A stretch of DNA of 59,510 nt, filler included, from Catajapyx aquilonaris (lineage: Eukaryota): NCBI GenBank assembly GCA_000934665.2. It is 3 parts of 3 records of this genome, joined end to end, with 100 filler letters (N's around TTAATTAATTAA, not from the genome) between each part and the next. Parts side by side here need not be neighbours in the genome. Positions count along the whole stretch, not along the records: positions 39,753 to 59,510 come from JYFJ02006398.1; 2 more parts are not named here. One strand, written 5' to 3'. The position numbers and the translations under genes were made by a program. The notes beneath the pieces are model-generated. The model was given only the letters and a program-made list of their open reading frames with translations, did not search any database and was not told where the DNA came from. Shown piece after piece: positions 41,272 through 54,167 of the stretch. Positions within the stretch are counted from its first letter, which is position 1. Every line of letters begins with the position of its first letter.

Positions 41272-41908
41272 GGACCTGTTCAAAGTTATCCTGGCAAAGA
41301 AAGGCCACCCACATGGCTCAATGATTCGTGTCAATTAGATTGGAGCAGATCACTGAAACTTGGCAACGCAGGGGAGTTGGATCAAAATGTTGCTGTCCAG
41401 CCACTCTAATATGTGTCATTCAATGGAAGAATGCTTCTAAAGGGTGACCTTCATCAGTTTGGAGAAAGAGTTCGCCCTTGCTTTGCCAACGATCGCCATC
41501 CTGAGTCCGCCCCTCGCTCCTGTCTCTCTTTTAGGGGAGAGTGCGAGAGAGGAGAGGGAGAGATACGCGATTGGGCAAACGCGTGATATCTCGATGGGGC
41601 TTGCATTTCGCATATCGGTTCCCTGAGGCGGCATTTGTCTCACACGAATATTCTTGCAACATTTTTACGGGGTAAAAACCACACGAGTTTTCCTGCCTCT
41701 AAATCAACTAATAAAACAGTTCACCACGTGACAACATGTTTGAATCCTACCAAGGCCGCTATGTAGCAACCCCTACCACATCAAAGATACAGTCAGTGGC
41801 GAACACAGGCCACAGCGGCCTTTAGCGTAAAACTAGGTGCATAGATTATACACTACAAGATGCGCAAGATGGTTGCCGTTTAGGTAGCGGGGCTACTTGA
41901 ACAGGTCC
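41272..41908 (-). mobile_element. ~640-bp TIR-bounded cassette, copy 2 (inverted relative to copy 1)
   Basis: GGACCTGTTCAA (41272-41283) ... TTGAACAGGTCC (41897-41908), flanked TTT/TTT; interior is the reverse complement of copy 1. Confidence 0.75.
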
Positions 41909-42960
41909 TTTCATGTTTTTTTCACCAAATGCACGGTTGAATCCCTTAACGTCCGGACTACTGCGACAATTCTTGTTGGACTGATATACAATGCGAACAT
42001 AATATTATCAGGCTGGCATCTGTCCTTCCAACTCTTTCTCCCAAAACCGTGCCCAAAACCATCACGTCTAGATACAGCGTCTATCCAGCGGATAGTGATA
42101 TATCGCATCGCTACCACCCATCATTATTAGTCTATTGCGGTTTATGAAACCGGCCCTTGTAGGGTGGGGTTGCTCAACAGAGACTGTAGATTGATTGTGC
42201 CTTGTGTTGACGTCATCAGCAGGCCAACTTGTATTATGAGACATGCAACGTAATTTTCACGCAGTTTCTCCATATTATTTGGAATATTTGACAAGAGGAT
42301 TTACTTTGGGATGCAGCAAGCATACCAGACTCGCCGTGCCCGAGAGTAAAGTGTCATTATTGGCAGCAGTTCATCTAAAGTCATTCAGTGTTTTAGGGAT
42401 ATCACAATAATGGTACAAAGCATGCCAATAAACAAATAATAACGAGAGTGACAAACCAAACTCGGCAGATAACAATAATAACAAAGGGAAGGCATTTGTA
42501 CGCGTCTTCGCATGAAGTGAATAGTAGTGACGTTACAAACAAATGAAGGCTAACCTTCTCACATGTGTTTTATTTCATTTGGTTTTTTTTCCGTGACGAG
42601 CAACATATCGATTGCAGAAGTGAGATTTGGAACGCTGTAGTTCCTGCTTGGCGGATAATTGTGTCATTTAATTAGTTACCCTACATGTAAGCAGCTATTA
42701 ATACATAAATGAATCGAGCTTGGTCGTGACAAAGTTTCCTATTTTATCCTGCACAAACTGTGTATTGGTTGGTTACTAATTTTTACACTCAATTATAGGA
42801 ATGAATGCTTTGTAAAAGTAGTATAGTTTTTGTGAATAAGTATTTATGTGTTTGGTTTTTCTCTTATTTGCATCAAGGATAGTTACTAATTCCAAACAGT
42901 GGTCACTGTTGAAAGTGAGTCACTGCGTTGTCTACCACTGGTCTCTGAATTTAGCTGCCT

Positions 42961-43210
42961 CCCTATAGCAGGGGTCTAATTTTAAAATTTTTGTACAGAT
43001 GCAAAGTTTGCACCCTAGACTTTAATTTGGAGTGCAAATCGCTTACTTGGAGTGCTTAATTTTTAATTACTGGGTATAGCCGTGTTTAAAAGCAGAGCCA
43101 ATTGGAGTTCAAACTTTGCACTCCAAGGCTTAGTTTGGAGTGTAGATGACAATTTTGGAGTGCAATTTGCACCTTTGCATCCGAATATTTCGACCCCTGC
43201 TGCTATAGGG
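42961..43210. mobile_element. Small MITE-like element
   Basis: Inverted ends CCCTATAGCAGGGGTC ... GACCCCTGCTGCTATAGGG; internal TTGGAGTGCAA / TTGCAC repeats. Confidence 0.55.
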
Positions 43211-44729
43211 AAATTGCATCATGTTCAACTGACGTTGTCGGTTTTCAGTCACGGACACACATTGCCACGGTTTTCCTACAACTTCCGTGAGTTCAGTAGA
43301 GAGACAATAATATTGTATACGGGGAAAAGCCCACGGCCTGTTGAAGAAAGGAAGTCTGGTATACAGTATATGGATGGTTCACTATCGACGAAACAGGTTT
43401 CCTGACCTCACCACCCAACACCTCTCCAGAATTCATAGAACTGTGACATACAGTACGTCGCACTAATAGGAACACGGCTGCTGAGGCTCCTTTTTTTCAA
43501 GAAAATGCTACGTAGGCTACTTTCAAACGCCACCTGCAGAGTTCTGGATGTGAAAAAATACGTATAGTCTATATGCCAATTTTATCTACAGTTCTCGACA
43601 CATCCCCTCGCATCCGTTATTCACAGAAAAATTGAATCCAATGACATGCTCGTGAACAAGGCGTTTTTCTCACGTTATTACTGTCTTGTACTTGTATCCC
43701 CAGGTACTTGTAAATGGATTATCACGCATTGCCAAAACATAGCAGGCCGATGATTGTCTGAAAGTGGCAGGATGCTGGCAGGATGTGCAGGGTATGCCAA
43801 AATGTGCAAATCCAGAGGTTAGATAAGGTGCGAACTGTTGGAAATTTTGCGACGATAATATTAATGTTTATAATGTATTTCAAGCAGGAGGTTACACAAT
43901 CATGTAATAGTGTGTTCCAGCTGAGGCAGTGAGCTGAGGTGTCCGTCTCACCCTAGAACTTTTTCGTATTAATATGTTTGTTGTTTAGTAGCTATTCTCA
44001 ACATTTATTTTAGTACATATAGGAAAAAATAGATATATATTTTTAAAATGTTATAGGTGGCATAGTCTCATGATTGAGGCCACAGAATTTCAATGAATCT
44101 CCGAGATCAAGATTTTATAATGATCCACTTTGCCCCATTGGCACATGAGGTCATTTTCTGAACCCATTTTTTCTATGTTAGACCAAGAGTTAACCAAGAA
44201 AAAGACTGCGTCCATTCCACTAGACAATCATAATAACAGATAATGTTTCGATAAAAAGTGTTTTGAAAATACGTGCCTTATAAGTATGCAACAAGTTACT
44301 GGTAAGTGTATGCGAAAAAGCACCTCCCGCTTTTTTACGTCCTATTTTTTGGCTCTTTTAGAGACAAACTGTAGCCTCTGGATATGAGAATCGGATACAC
44401 TCTGAGAGTCGGATGCATTAGTGCTAATGGAGCGATGAACGTGTAAAAATAGCAGTTACTCTATGTAGCTACATGATTATTACAATGAAAGTTTCTTCAA
44501 AACACATGGAGTTAAAATAATTGATGGGCCTATTTCGGTTAGCTATTTTTCTCATTCGTGTACTTAATATTGAGCAGTTATATTCATACACTTCTTCTTG
44601 GCACTTAGGGAGTATCAAAATGTTAACTGCTATAATTAAGTGGAATGTGTACAATCATATCTTTGTTGGTGCTCTATAACCTAGAAAAAAACGGGGGGTG
44701 GAGCAACTGCTAATAAAACTAGAAGAATA

Positions 44730-44978
44730 TGAGGGCTGTGGGGGAAAAACATGATAACTGACATTTTTGTCATTTTTTACCTAAACACCTAGCAACTATG
44801 TATAAGACATGACAAACAGTTTGGTATACTCCAAGTTCATGTATCATGCATGAGACGGCCACACGGACTACATCAAAACCAGCATTCCCTATGATTTGTT
44901 AAGCAAATTCAAACTTCAATTCGCTCTCCTGAAAAATTACTCTTTTGTCAGTTATCATGTTTTTCCCCCACATCTCTC
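44730..44978. mobile_element. Mariner-type MITE
   Basis: 27-bp perfect inverted repeat TGTGGGGGAAAAACATGATAACTGACA (44737-44763 / 44946-44972), preceded by mariner-like TATGAGGG. Confidence 0.65.
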
Positions 44979-45518
44979 AATTGTCGTGGGCAGCCGAAAA
45001 ATCAATCCTGGGAGGGATCCTTTCCTTACCTGTACTACGGGGCTCAAATATTGTTTTGGCCACTTCATCCTGGTCTTGAAGCAACCCTTCGCACAGGCCC
45101 CACGGTGAAGTGTGTGTGTGTGAAGGGCTGCTTCTAGACCAGGATAAAGTGGCCGAAACAATTTGAGCCCCATAGTACGCAGGCCTACTTAGGGACTTAA
45201 GATACGCAAAAAAAACACACATAATAACTTATTGTACAGACGACTTCCTCTAATGGGACCATGCAGAGACCCGCCACACTCGTTATGACGGGTGCCATCT
45301 GACTCTTGATCCATGACACTTGCCGGTGTGACCCATTTCCATCGTTATGACGGAGAGCTCCAACTCTGACCTCCGATTGAGTTATATCGATGGAAAGTGA
45401 TGTTCAATGGTCTCTACAATGAGACAGATATCGAGGAGCCTAAATGCGTTTTAACTGCGCCATATTATAAAACCAGTGGTTCCTTTATTTGCCTGTGATG
45501 TATACACTCATTTGAATA

Positions 45519-45847
45519 CAGGTAGTTCCCAGTACGGCGATCCGTACTTACAAACAGGCTCCCCAGAATGATAATTTATAATTATCCCTCCACTTTCAAT
45601 CACTTCTGCGTACTAGTACGTTGACCGACACCAAGTTCAACATAAATATTGTATAATTAATAAATAATTAGGTCTTTGGCGCATGTAAACAAACACACAT
45701 GACATAAGCCGTTCGTTGGAGCAGCATCTTTATACGCTGTATAATTAGTCTATCATGCTTTGTTTCTCAGGGATTCGAGTTACGTACAAATCCGACTTAC
45801 GGACATTTTCAGGAACGTAACCCCGTTCGTAGACCGGGGACTACCTG
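45519..45847. mobile_element. pogo/Tigger-type MITE
   Basis: TA|CAGGTAGTTCCC ... GGGGACTACCTG|TA with TA target duplication; subterminal CGAGTTACG / CGACTTACG repeats. Confidence 0.75.
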
Positions 45848-48820
45848 TATTTGAACCATGCTTAAATAAAACAATATTAATATTGACTCAAATACAGTGG
45901 CAGAATTAATTTCTCAGTCCATTTCTTTTGCTTTTAATGCAGTGGCTGCAAAATCTTTACTCCGGTGACTTATGTTACTTTGGTTTGAACATTTTATTTA
46001 TGAATCCGACGGGGATTTATGCTAGTACCCCGACGTCATCGACAAACGATGTGTGATTAACCCAGCATACCTATACAAAGATTTACAGATTGGTAGATTT
46101 GCAGACATGCTTAGCTTCTCATGTGCTGGGATCTCATACTTTTGTTGGATACTCAATATAACTAAGTTACGTGTAAAAGCAATTTCTAAACAATAAGAAG
46201 CTTAGTTCACCTAAAAGTCACTGTCACAGTTGCAACATGGGATTGCTAAAGATTGACACAGTCAGTTGCAAAGCCCATTGTATTAGCATGAAATGACAAC
46301 ACCCTACGCAAGAAGTAGGGATGCACAACAAAATTATTGGAATGCAAATAGTTGATAAAGAATACTGTATATAAAGGAACAATAAAACCATATGCAGGAG
46401 ATGGGAGAGAGCGGTTAGAGGTAGCACGTAGTAACGAGCTACCACAATGTAACGATTACTTGTAACGGGGTTATCCCCATTTGTGTAATGTAATTACAGT
46501 GGAGCATCGATTATCCGAACACCGATCAACCGAACGTTTTAGGGTCCAAAAAAAAAACACGCTATGTGGTTCCGCTAGTGGCCGCTATAGTGCTGTGGCG
46601 CTGTCGTTAAACGTGCAGCCGCCAAGAAAACGAGCCTCGGCTCTCAAGCTAAATAATTTGACCTCCCCCCCCTCCCCTAAACTGTAAGACTACTTCATGT
46701 AAGGACAGTAAGATATATGTAGCCTACGTTTATTGTTCTATACACCCACGTGCACCCGCAGAACCCGACCGTAACCAGACGGTCACATCACGAAATAAAA
46801 CGGACACTTCTGTTGGAACATCTGATTTTTGGAATGCATTATATTAATATCCCTCGAATAATTTTGGCAACGCTGCCCTGTTCCAGCCATTGGCACGTTT
46901 TCATATCTCTATATTGTCTAGCAATGCTGAAACTATTAAGCTATCGAAACAACTGGCCTGACATGTTTTGGCACGGCATGATAATCGAGCTATACTACTA
47001 AGCATCAGAAATCCCCCAGTATACCATTGGATTACCTTTTTTTGTTAATAGGTGCGTATGGGGTATGGGAGTAGCTATGCGGAAAATATCGGCTTTTTTC
47101 TCGCATCCAGAACTCCGTAATTGGCGTTTTTCGTATAAGAAAAGGGAGCCCCAGCGCAGCGGCCCCCTTGCTCCTACTGTAGTATGTCACAGTTCCACGA
47201 ATTTCGGAGAACAGTGACGTGGTCATGTCAGGAAAGACGTTTGGACCCCTTATTGGGCCAGCCATATACTGTACTAGTCCTTCTTTCAACAGGTCGTGGA
47301 TTTTTCATTCACTAAGAACATCTCTGGCGGCCCAATCCTCACCCATATCCTCGAAAATCACGTAATTGAAGAAAAATGCACCATTTCACTCCTCTTTGCA
47401 AGCCACATCTTTTGGTACAAAGCCCGTAAATGTAGGAGCAACCCTTGCAAAGTTATGGCCAATTGAAATCATGCACTTCCAAATACGATATAATGGAAAC
47501 AAAAAACTTCCTACGCGAATATCTCGAAATGACAAAAAGCCGAGATACAGGGTTTTGACTAGGGCCGTCAGAACAGTAACCAGAGCAGGGAAGTCCATTA
47601 TGCGAAAATGTTACTCGTGCAATGATTACAATACAGTTGTAGGCCTGCATTAGCTTTAGGCTACATACGAGTAAGTTATACAGGTTGTCGAATTATTATT
47701 AATTAGCTAATATGCAATTTTGTTTTAATGCGAGTTAATGAAAAGACCAAACATAATGTTGCCTACTTAATACTCCTATCTAAGTCACATATACGTATAC
47801 AATATACTGTAGATAATTATAAGCTACGGTACCAAAACCTGGACTAACCAGCACTGATTAATGTACAGGCCACTAAAGTGGCAAAAATATTTCACAGCAT
47901 TATTTTAATTAGTCTTTGTTTGCATAATTTTCGAGGACTTGCCCTAACAGATAGTGTGATGAGCAATAAGGTCAAATTATTATCAAAAAATAATGCCTAT
48001 TAACACATCGTGCATTATGTCAGACGCAAATTTAAAACTTTTTTTTTTTAAATCTACAGTACAAGACCCGTCCTGTTAGCTACAACGATATTCTACAGTA
48101 TCTACACAATTCTTCAGATAGCTATAGTCTCCACATCAAGTACGTATGTTCCATAACCATATATTTCCATGAATTCTTACAATCTCCAATCAAGAGATGA
48201 GGTAAGGTAAGGGTGGTTCAATTTGGGCTAGGTATGACGTGGGTTGAACTATCCCACGTATGCTCTGGTATGGCTGCGACTGCTAGGAGGCTTCTGCACG
48301 TAGCACTGGTATGGCTGGCTGGCGTGGCGTGGATCCAGCCACCCAGCACGGCAGCCCAAAACTCAATCTGCTCTCACTGGCCGGCTCTGCAATAGTCTCG
48401 CGCGCAATGCGCGATGGGGAAGAGGCGGAACACCTGGGAAGGAGGGAAGAGTGTGTCGGGTTGCTTACTTCCCAGGATATCTTGGGGAGGTCCAATAACT
48501 AGGTCCTCACACGTTCTTCGCACGGCCTATTTCCATGGTAAAGTAAGCCTGAATTTCCGCATATTTTAGTCATTTAGACTCAAGAAATTGCATAATTCGC
48601 TCGAAAAACACCCTTGAAAATTCCCCAATATTTACGTTTACATGTGAAAAATTAAACATTATAGTTAAAATCAGCATCTAGAAGAGGTGACGATTCCGCA
48701 TAAATGTTTCATGGCAATAATTCACACCAAGCGCATAGAAATTTAATGTGCTTATTGATGTTCCTAATTTCAGAAAACATTTACCGGTATATAGAGTGGC
48801 TCATCGAAAATTAATGGGTC

Positions 48821-48930
48821 GAATTTTCGTCGTACTACTAGTAACTATAGCTACTGCTAACTTAGCAGTAGGATTGCACTACACTCTGGTACTGCTAAGT
48901 TAGAATAAGTAACTAGTACGACGAAAATTC
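48821..48930. repeat. Short foldback / palindromic element
   Basis: GAATTTTCGTCGTACTA (48821) / TAGTACGACGAAAATTC (48914), plus inner TAACTTAGCAGTA / TACTGCTAAGTTA. Confidence 0.7.
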
Positions 48931-49234
48931 CACAAATTGTTTTCGGTAAGGAGACTTCATGAGCAGTAAATTGGAAATTGCTTGAGTAAGACCTATGGCA
49001 CAGCTTAAATCAATTGGTGAAGGTATTACGTGCGCCTGCCTTGTTTCAGCTTACTTTCATTCCGCCACGGAGGTCTTACTACCCTTTTTTCACTGAAGGG
49101 AATGCTTTTGCTCTTATTTATTTATATTACCCCATTGGGAGAATCGGCGCTCAATTAAGGGGGGGGGGGTGGAATACCACCATGTTACCACTCAATCTTT
49201 CTGAAATCTTCCTCACACATTGATGAGGGCAAGG

Positions 49235-49411
49235 ATAGGGAAGGAAGGAAGCGGCTGTGGCCTATTGTACGGAAGCGACCCCGGAATTGTCCTGGGGGGA
49301 CCATGGAAAACTACAGAAAACCACGGTCAGGATCGCCTGATCCGGGAATCGAACCCAGGACCTCCAGATTAGCAGTCGGACTCCTTAACCACAACACCAA
49401 CCTGCTTCGGC
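49235..49411 (-). mobile_element. tRNA-derived SINE
   Basis: Minus strand GCCGAAGCAGGTTGGTGTTGTGGTTAAGG (A box) ... GGTTCGATTCCCGG (B box), then a body ending GGCCACAGCCGCTTCCTTCC, as in common insect SINEs. Confidence 0.75.
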
Positions 49412-50069
49412 AGACTACCAATAAACCTACCATGCAATGGAACTAATATAGAGTAGGCTAATTATTATTATCAATGTGCAATCGTATATCACTATATAAA
49501 TAAAGCCGTTTGTGATCTGTCTGTCTGTCCACCTGTAACGCCAACCGTCATTTGCTTGCCACCTGTGCCCTGTGGTCCGCTTCCTACACCTTCAACCTCT
49601 CCCACCGGGAACGCCGACTGTCATTTGTCAAAGAAGGGGGCTACTGGAATGGGATGACTTTTGGGATCCCAGTTTGCAAGACGCTGCTGCCACAATGCCA
49701 CATCTTCTCCTTCTGGCCTCAGGATTCTTTTTCCCATCATCATCACTTCCTGCTCACCCTCAACACCCTGTACCCTTTGTAGTAATTTCCGGGACTCCAT
49801 GACGGAAGAATATTCTACACAGGCACAGGCTTGAAAATCCTACACTTTACCTCAACTATACCTTTACCATGTATCATACAACCAGGCCCTCATTTACCTT
49901 GAAGATAAGTTCATGACCATGGTGAGCAAATCTCTGGAAGATTTGAAATCTGGACTTCCTTGGCCACAGCGATCTGAACATAATGCATTTAGCAAAGACA
50001 TGCTTCGTGCCACTGGAAAAGGGGATCAGGGCTGACCCAACCTTTTCAAGTCCTATACACCCCGTTTCC

Positions 50070-51975
50070 AGCTATTTATTCAAAATAAACAAATATCCAC
50101 ATACATAAAGCCAACAGGCCATAAAACTAATCAGCATTATTCGGCCACACTACAACAGCAGGAGCCATCACAAGACTTCACTCAAGCACATCGCCTCTGT
50201 CTTAGCCACCATCATAGTCACTATGGGCAGGGTTTCCGCTTCACAACGCATCGAGCAGGGTCTCCATGCCTACCTGTCGGTGCCGCTTCCACATCCGATT
50301 GATCTGATCCAGTCCCCCTTTGGCCTCTCTTCTTTCCAACTGACGCCCCAACCCACTCGAGGCCGTCTTCTTCTGTTCAGGAGGCATCATGCTCCTCATA
50401 CCGTTGTTGTCTCCGGCCTCTACCAGCATTCATCCGCGATAACAAGAGATCCGCCACCAGCTGCTCCGAAACGATCGCCTCTCTGGAGCAGGGCCAGCCC
50501 AGCCCCTTGGACACCGAAGTTCGACGCAAATCCCGTAGGGTCACCGTCACCTCTGGGAGAGAACAGTCCCAAATGATGTGCCTCGCAGACTGCACCCCTC
50601 CGTTGCATAGACAGCGGGCCGCAATCGTACTATCCCCCTCCTCCTCGTCAACTCCACCCTCCTTGTACTCTCCACGGTGAAAGCGACGCAGGGGCTCGTG
50701 ACCTGAGATGATTCTGGCAAGGTGGCTGTATGTGTCTGTTGATGGATACAGCCCGGAAGAAGCCAAAATACCACTCGTTCCGCCAACGCTCCCATCCCTG
50801 TTGCCAGGTTTCCAACGCCGTACGGAATTCACGGCGACGAATACTCCGAGATGATTCCGGCAGGAAACGGCGACCCACCGAAAGCAATGTGGCCTTCTTG
50901 GCCTCCTGATCGGCCAGTTCATTGCGCTTTTACCCAATGGAGACTAATGTCCTGGCTAGCGTCTCTCAATGTGCACATTGGACCAGCCCGTGAGAGGATC
51001 GGGAGTTCACTACTGAATGAAGCGCCGACAGAATCGGAGATCACCCAGACAGAATTCCTCGGTGCAGAAGAGATGGCAATCTCCAGGGCCCTAACAATCA
51101 TGGCAAGCTCTACGTCAAAGATCCCGATTGATGCAGTGAAAGGGGTGTTCTCGTAGGTGATGACTTGCTGCTCGCCATCCATGACCACCACGGTGCCTCC
51201 AACTCCCTCCTCATGACCGAGCCGTCCGTGAACAGCAGATCTACTGCAGCAGGCGCCCCTTCCCAGGTACAGATGTTGGGCCTCACGCCCTCACCCATCT
51301 CCATGGTGGAGGAGAGTCTTTCAAAGGAACTGGAAGTCTCACAAGTCCCCGTGCAGCTTCGGCGTGAGATGTCCTACGGGCCTCCCAAATGGCATTGGCC
51401 TGAAGTGCTGCAGGTAGCTAGGTACCAGTAAGGACACAAAGCAAATGGCTGGGCGTGGTTTTGTAAGACCTGGTGGCCGCCAAAAGGAAGGGGCGAAGGG
51501 CAGATAGCAGGTCCGTTCTGACCTGCTTGACCTTTGTCCGATAACCCCAGACCTCGGCCCCATACAATAACATGGGAAGTATGGCGGAAGTCAGGATTCG
51601 AAGCCTGCTCCTAGGCGCCAGTCCCCACCTCTGTCCTGCAACGCTCCAGAGACGAGACGACACACTGCGTACTTTAGCGGCCGCCTTCTTCACATGGGGA
51701 AGCCACGAGAGCTTGCAGTCCAAGTACAGGCCGAGGATCCTCACAGAGTAGCGTAGGTCAATGCGCACCCCTTGAAAAAAAACAGTCTCGGCTTTTGTGT
51801 CAACTTGTGATACGGCAGAAACATGGCCTCCATCTTCGCTCCCAAGCGAGGCCGACCACTTCCGCAACATGGGCTCCACCTTAAACCACGTCTCCTGGAT
51901 TCTGTCAATGGAGGGGCCAGAAATCAGCAGAACTTGGTCATCAGCGTAAGCTTTCACGTGCACCAGCCCAGTGTC
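50070..51975 (-). mobile_element. 5'-truncated, frameshifted non-LTR retrotransposon (R1/LOA-like; RT C-terminus, RNase H, CCHC)
   Basis: AYADD, LGLYLDCKLSWLPHV, AILPMLLYGAEVWG; RNase H LFTDGS, ISDS, ISLHWVKA; CLCNGGVQSARHIIWDC. Split over several frames; AATAAA on the minus strand at 50075-50080. Confidence 0.88.
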
Positions 51976-52000
51976 CACACTGGCTGCCAGGAGGAGTCTT

Positions 52001-52210
52001 TTAGGACCCAGCCCCATATGATGCTGGAGATGGCACATCTCCCTCGAAAGAGTCAGCACGACCCCAAACCTGGCCAGCCTGATATGCTGCTCGGAACATA
52101 TGTTGATACAAAGCAGCTGATGTGGGAGGGATTAGATGCAGTAGCTTGTTGGCCGAGGCAAACATATTGCGGCATGCCAGTGTAGGCGAGGTCGACCAGT
52201 TTTTAGAAAT
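52001..52210 (-). mobile_element. Fragment of a DNA-transposon protein, probably Academ-like (C-terminal region)
   Basis: IPPTSAALYQHMFRAAYQAGQVW...VPSP matches the LPPTxxALxQHxxRAxYQAxxW motif I associate with XPG-containing Academ proteins; family assignment from memory. Confidence 0.5.
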
Positions 52211-52339
52211 GCTCGATCTGGTGGCTATATCCAAAGATTAGAGAATACAGAGGATGAGCAATGCTCATTCTGGCCTCTGATTGGCTCCCGCGTGCATGAC
52301 GCGGCCAGTTCACCGGCAGTCGCGGCCGGTCGCGGCAGT

Positions 52340-52790
52340 TCAAAGGGGCTGGGAGGAAACACGCGGATGTCGAGACTGCAACCACTTTCTGGTGTATCTT
52401 GCTCGGCGTTCCCTTTTTTGTTCTTCTAGGCGTTGGTTCTGCAGGCGGTCGAGATGTATTATTCGCGCAAATGTTCTGGTCCGGGAATGCGTGTGGACTT
52501 GAGGGTACTTTTCTTCCAGCACTTTCCTCAAGGTTGTAATTACGCCCCGCTTCCTGCTCGCAGAATCTCCATGCATCAGTGTAAAGGTCACCTCCTATTT
52601 CTTCACCATCTGCAAAAAGTCTTCTGAAGGTTCCAGCAACTGTCCCGTCCTGGACATGTGGGATACCCAGGTAGCTCCAGCACCTCGATGAGATGAGACA
52701 GGTGTTCCCAAGGTGACGTCCTCATTTCTGCAGCCGTGTGCCACGTAACCAGCCACAAATCTGAGGACTTCACCCTCCACCTGCTGGTCA

Positions 52791-52792
<2 letters not shown>
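52340..52792 (-). mobile_element. P-element/THAP9-like transposase C-terminal fragment (pseudogenised)
   Basis: VLRFVAGYVA...WVSHMSRTGQLLEPSEDFL resembles the P-transposase YIAGYV..W...SRGGL..PS motif; in-frame stop at ~52595. Confidence 0.7.
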
Positions 52793-52853
<61 letters not shown>

Positions 52854-52857
52854 GTCA

Positions 52858-52925
<68 letters not shown>
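52787..52925. repeat. (AAT)n microsatellite, duplicated together with a GTCACCTGA anchor
   Basis: GTCACCTGA(ATA)n at 52787 and again at 52854. Confidence 0.95.
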
Positions 52926-52927
<2 letters not shown>

Positions 52928-54167
52928 CCCACGAGTGCAAGAAATCCGAAAGATATGGTATTTTATACGGGCAGAAGTGAATCCACACTCATACAGCAGA
53001 TGGTGCCTATTCACTGTTCCTTGGCTATATCGGCATGACGGTCTAAGCGAGATAAGCTGGTGTAAGGCGAGATTTTCTTAAGCACGGCATTATTACGATC
53101 TCTGTGAAAATTATTATTACTCAAATGAATGCATTGCACCATGTTCTACGGTGCGGATACAGCCCAGGACACTTCTGTTGCCTGACACATCCCATAAGAC
53201 CGTTACTGTTACGTTCTTTCCTGGCAACATTATCAATTAAAGTGCCAACCTGCAGTAAGGGACGCATACCTACCAGGATATTTCATTCTTTGGGTTTGGA
53301 TTATCCAAGTAACGAGGCTTCTCAGAAGAATATGATACCACTACACAAAGTGATCCTCTGATTGCCAACGAGATCTGTGACCAGCGAACTATTGAGCAAA
53401 ACTATCAAGGACTGAAGGAATTTGCCTTGATCCTTTGTAATGCTTAGGGGTTAGGGGGGTTCCTCTCTCAGAGCAGGCTTGAATATGGGATTGGTCACAT
53501 TCTTATGCTATGTACAACAGATGAACTTGCATATTCTCACAGCCCTGTAGACCTAGACCTGCACTTGCCCATTTTTCACCGTACCATTATTTTAGTACAG
53601 TACGGTACCAAATGCATTCCAAAATTTTTGTCAAGGATCAAAATGATGGAAATCTACCTTGGTTATTGCGGCATGCCGGCCACCCCCGGGTTATACCGGC
53701 AAGCAGGTCGACCTCGCTTTATACCGGCATGCCACAATAAGTGAGGCAATACGGTATCATTAATTTTCTCTCACTTGTCAGATGTAACATAGAGGTTTTT
53801 AAAACAATTTCCATAGTTCTTTCTTTTGTTTAAACACCTACCTCTGATACTGTAAATATTTTGTTTTTGGCTATTGTGGTAAAATTTTGTGAATTTGTGA
53901 TGCCATTGGCCATCTCCCTCTAATGGCCACTGTGCCCACAGGGATAACAAATAAATAATAGTTGTTTAAAAATCCATAGTTCAGTTTCTCTGAATAGATC
54001 AAATGGACGAAATAAAATGTTTTTCTGTGTAATTGATTACATTTCAGTTGTTTGTACCCAGGTAGCACCACATAACACCATCTACACCATCTTGGAATAG
54101 AGCTTCTTGGAAAACATCATTGTTGTTTGCATGCTCCAGAGCAAAATTGGGTTTACTGCCACTATAA

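Larger units (their letters stand above)
39881..41960. repeat. Modular tandem/inverted repeat complex
   Basis: Module A (TAGCCAACC..GGAAGAGTATG..GGACATT) at ~39974, ~40938 and ~41188. Module C (TTCAAGTCACTGTAGCTCTGAAAATA..CGTGGAAAAG) at ~40783 and ~41034, and inverted at ~39895-39947. Module B (TTTCATG..CACCAAA.TGCA.GGTTGA) at 40720 and 41909. Confidence 0.9.

Noticed and set aside
48269..48395. Short ORF with a signal-peptide-like N-terminus (MAATARRLLHVALVWLAGVAW)
   Set aside because: Stops after ~41 codons; no recognisable family or linked exon
52595..53014. ORFs with poly-Ile/Tyr/Leu tracts
   Set aside because: Translations of the (AAT)n microsatellite
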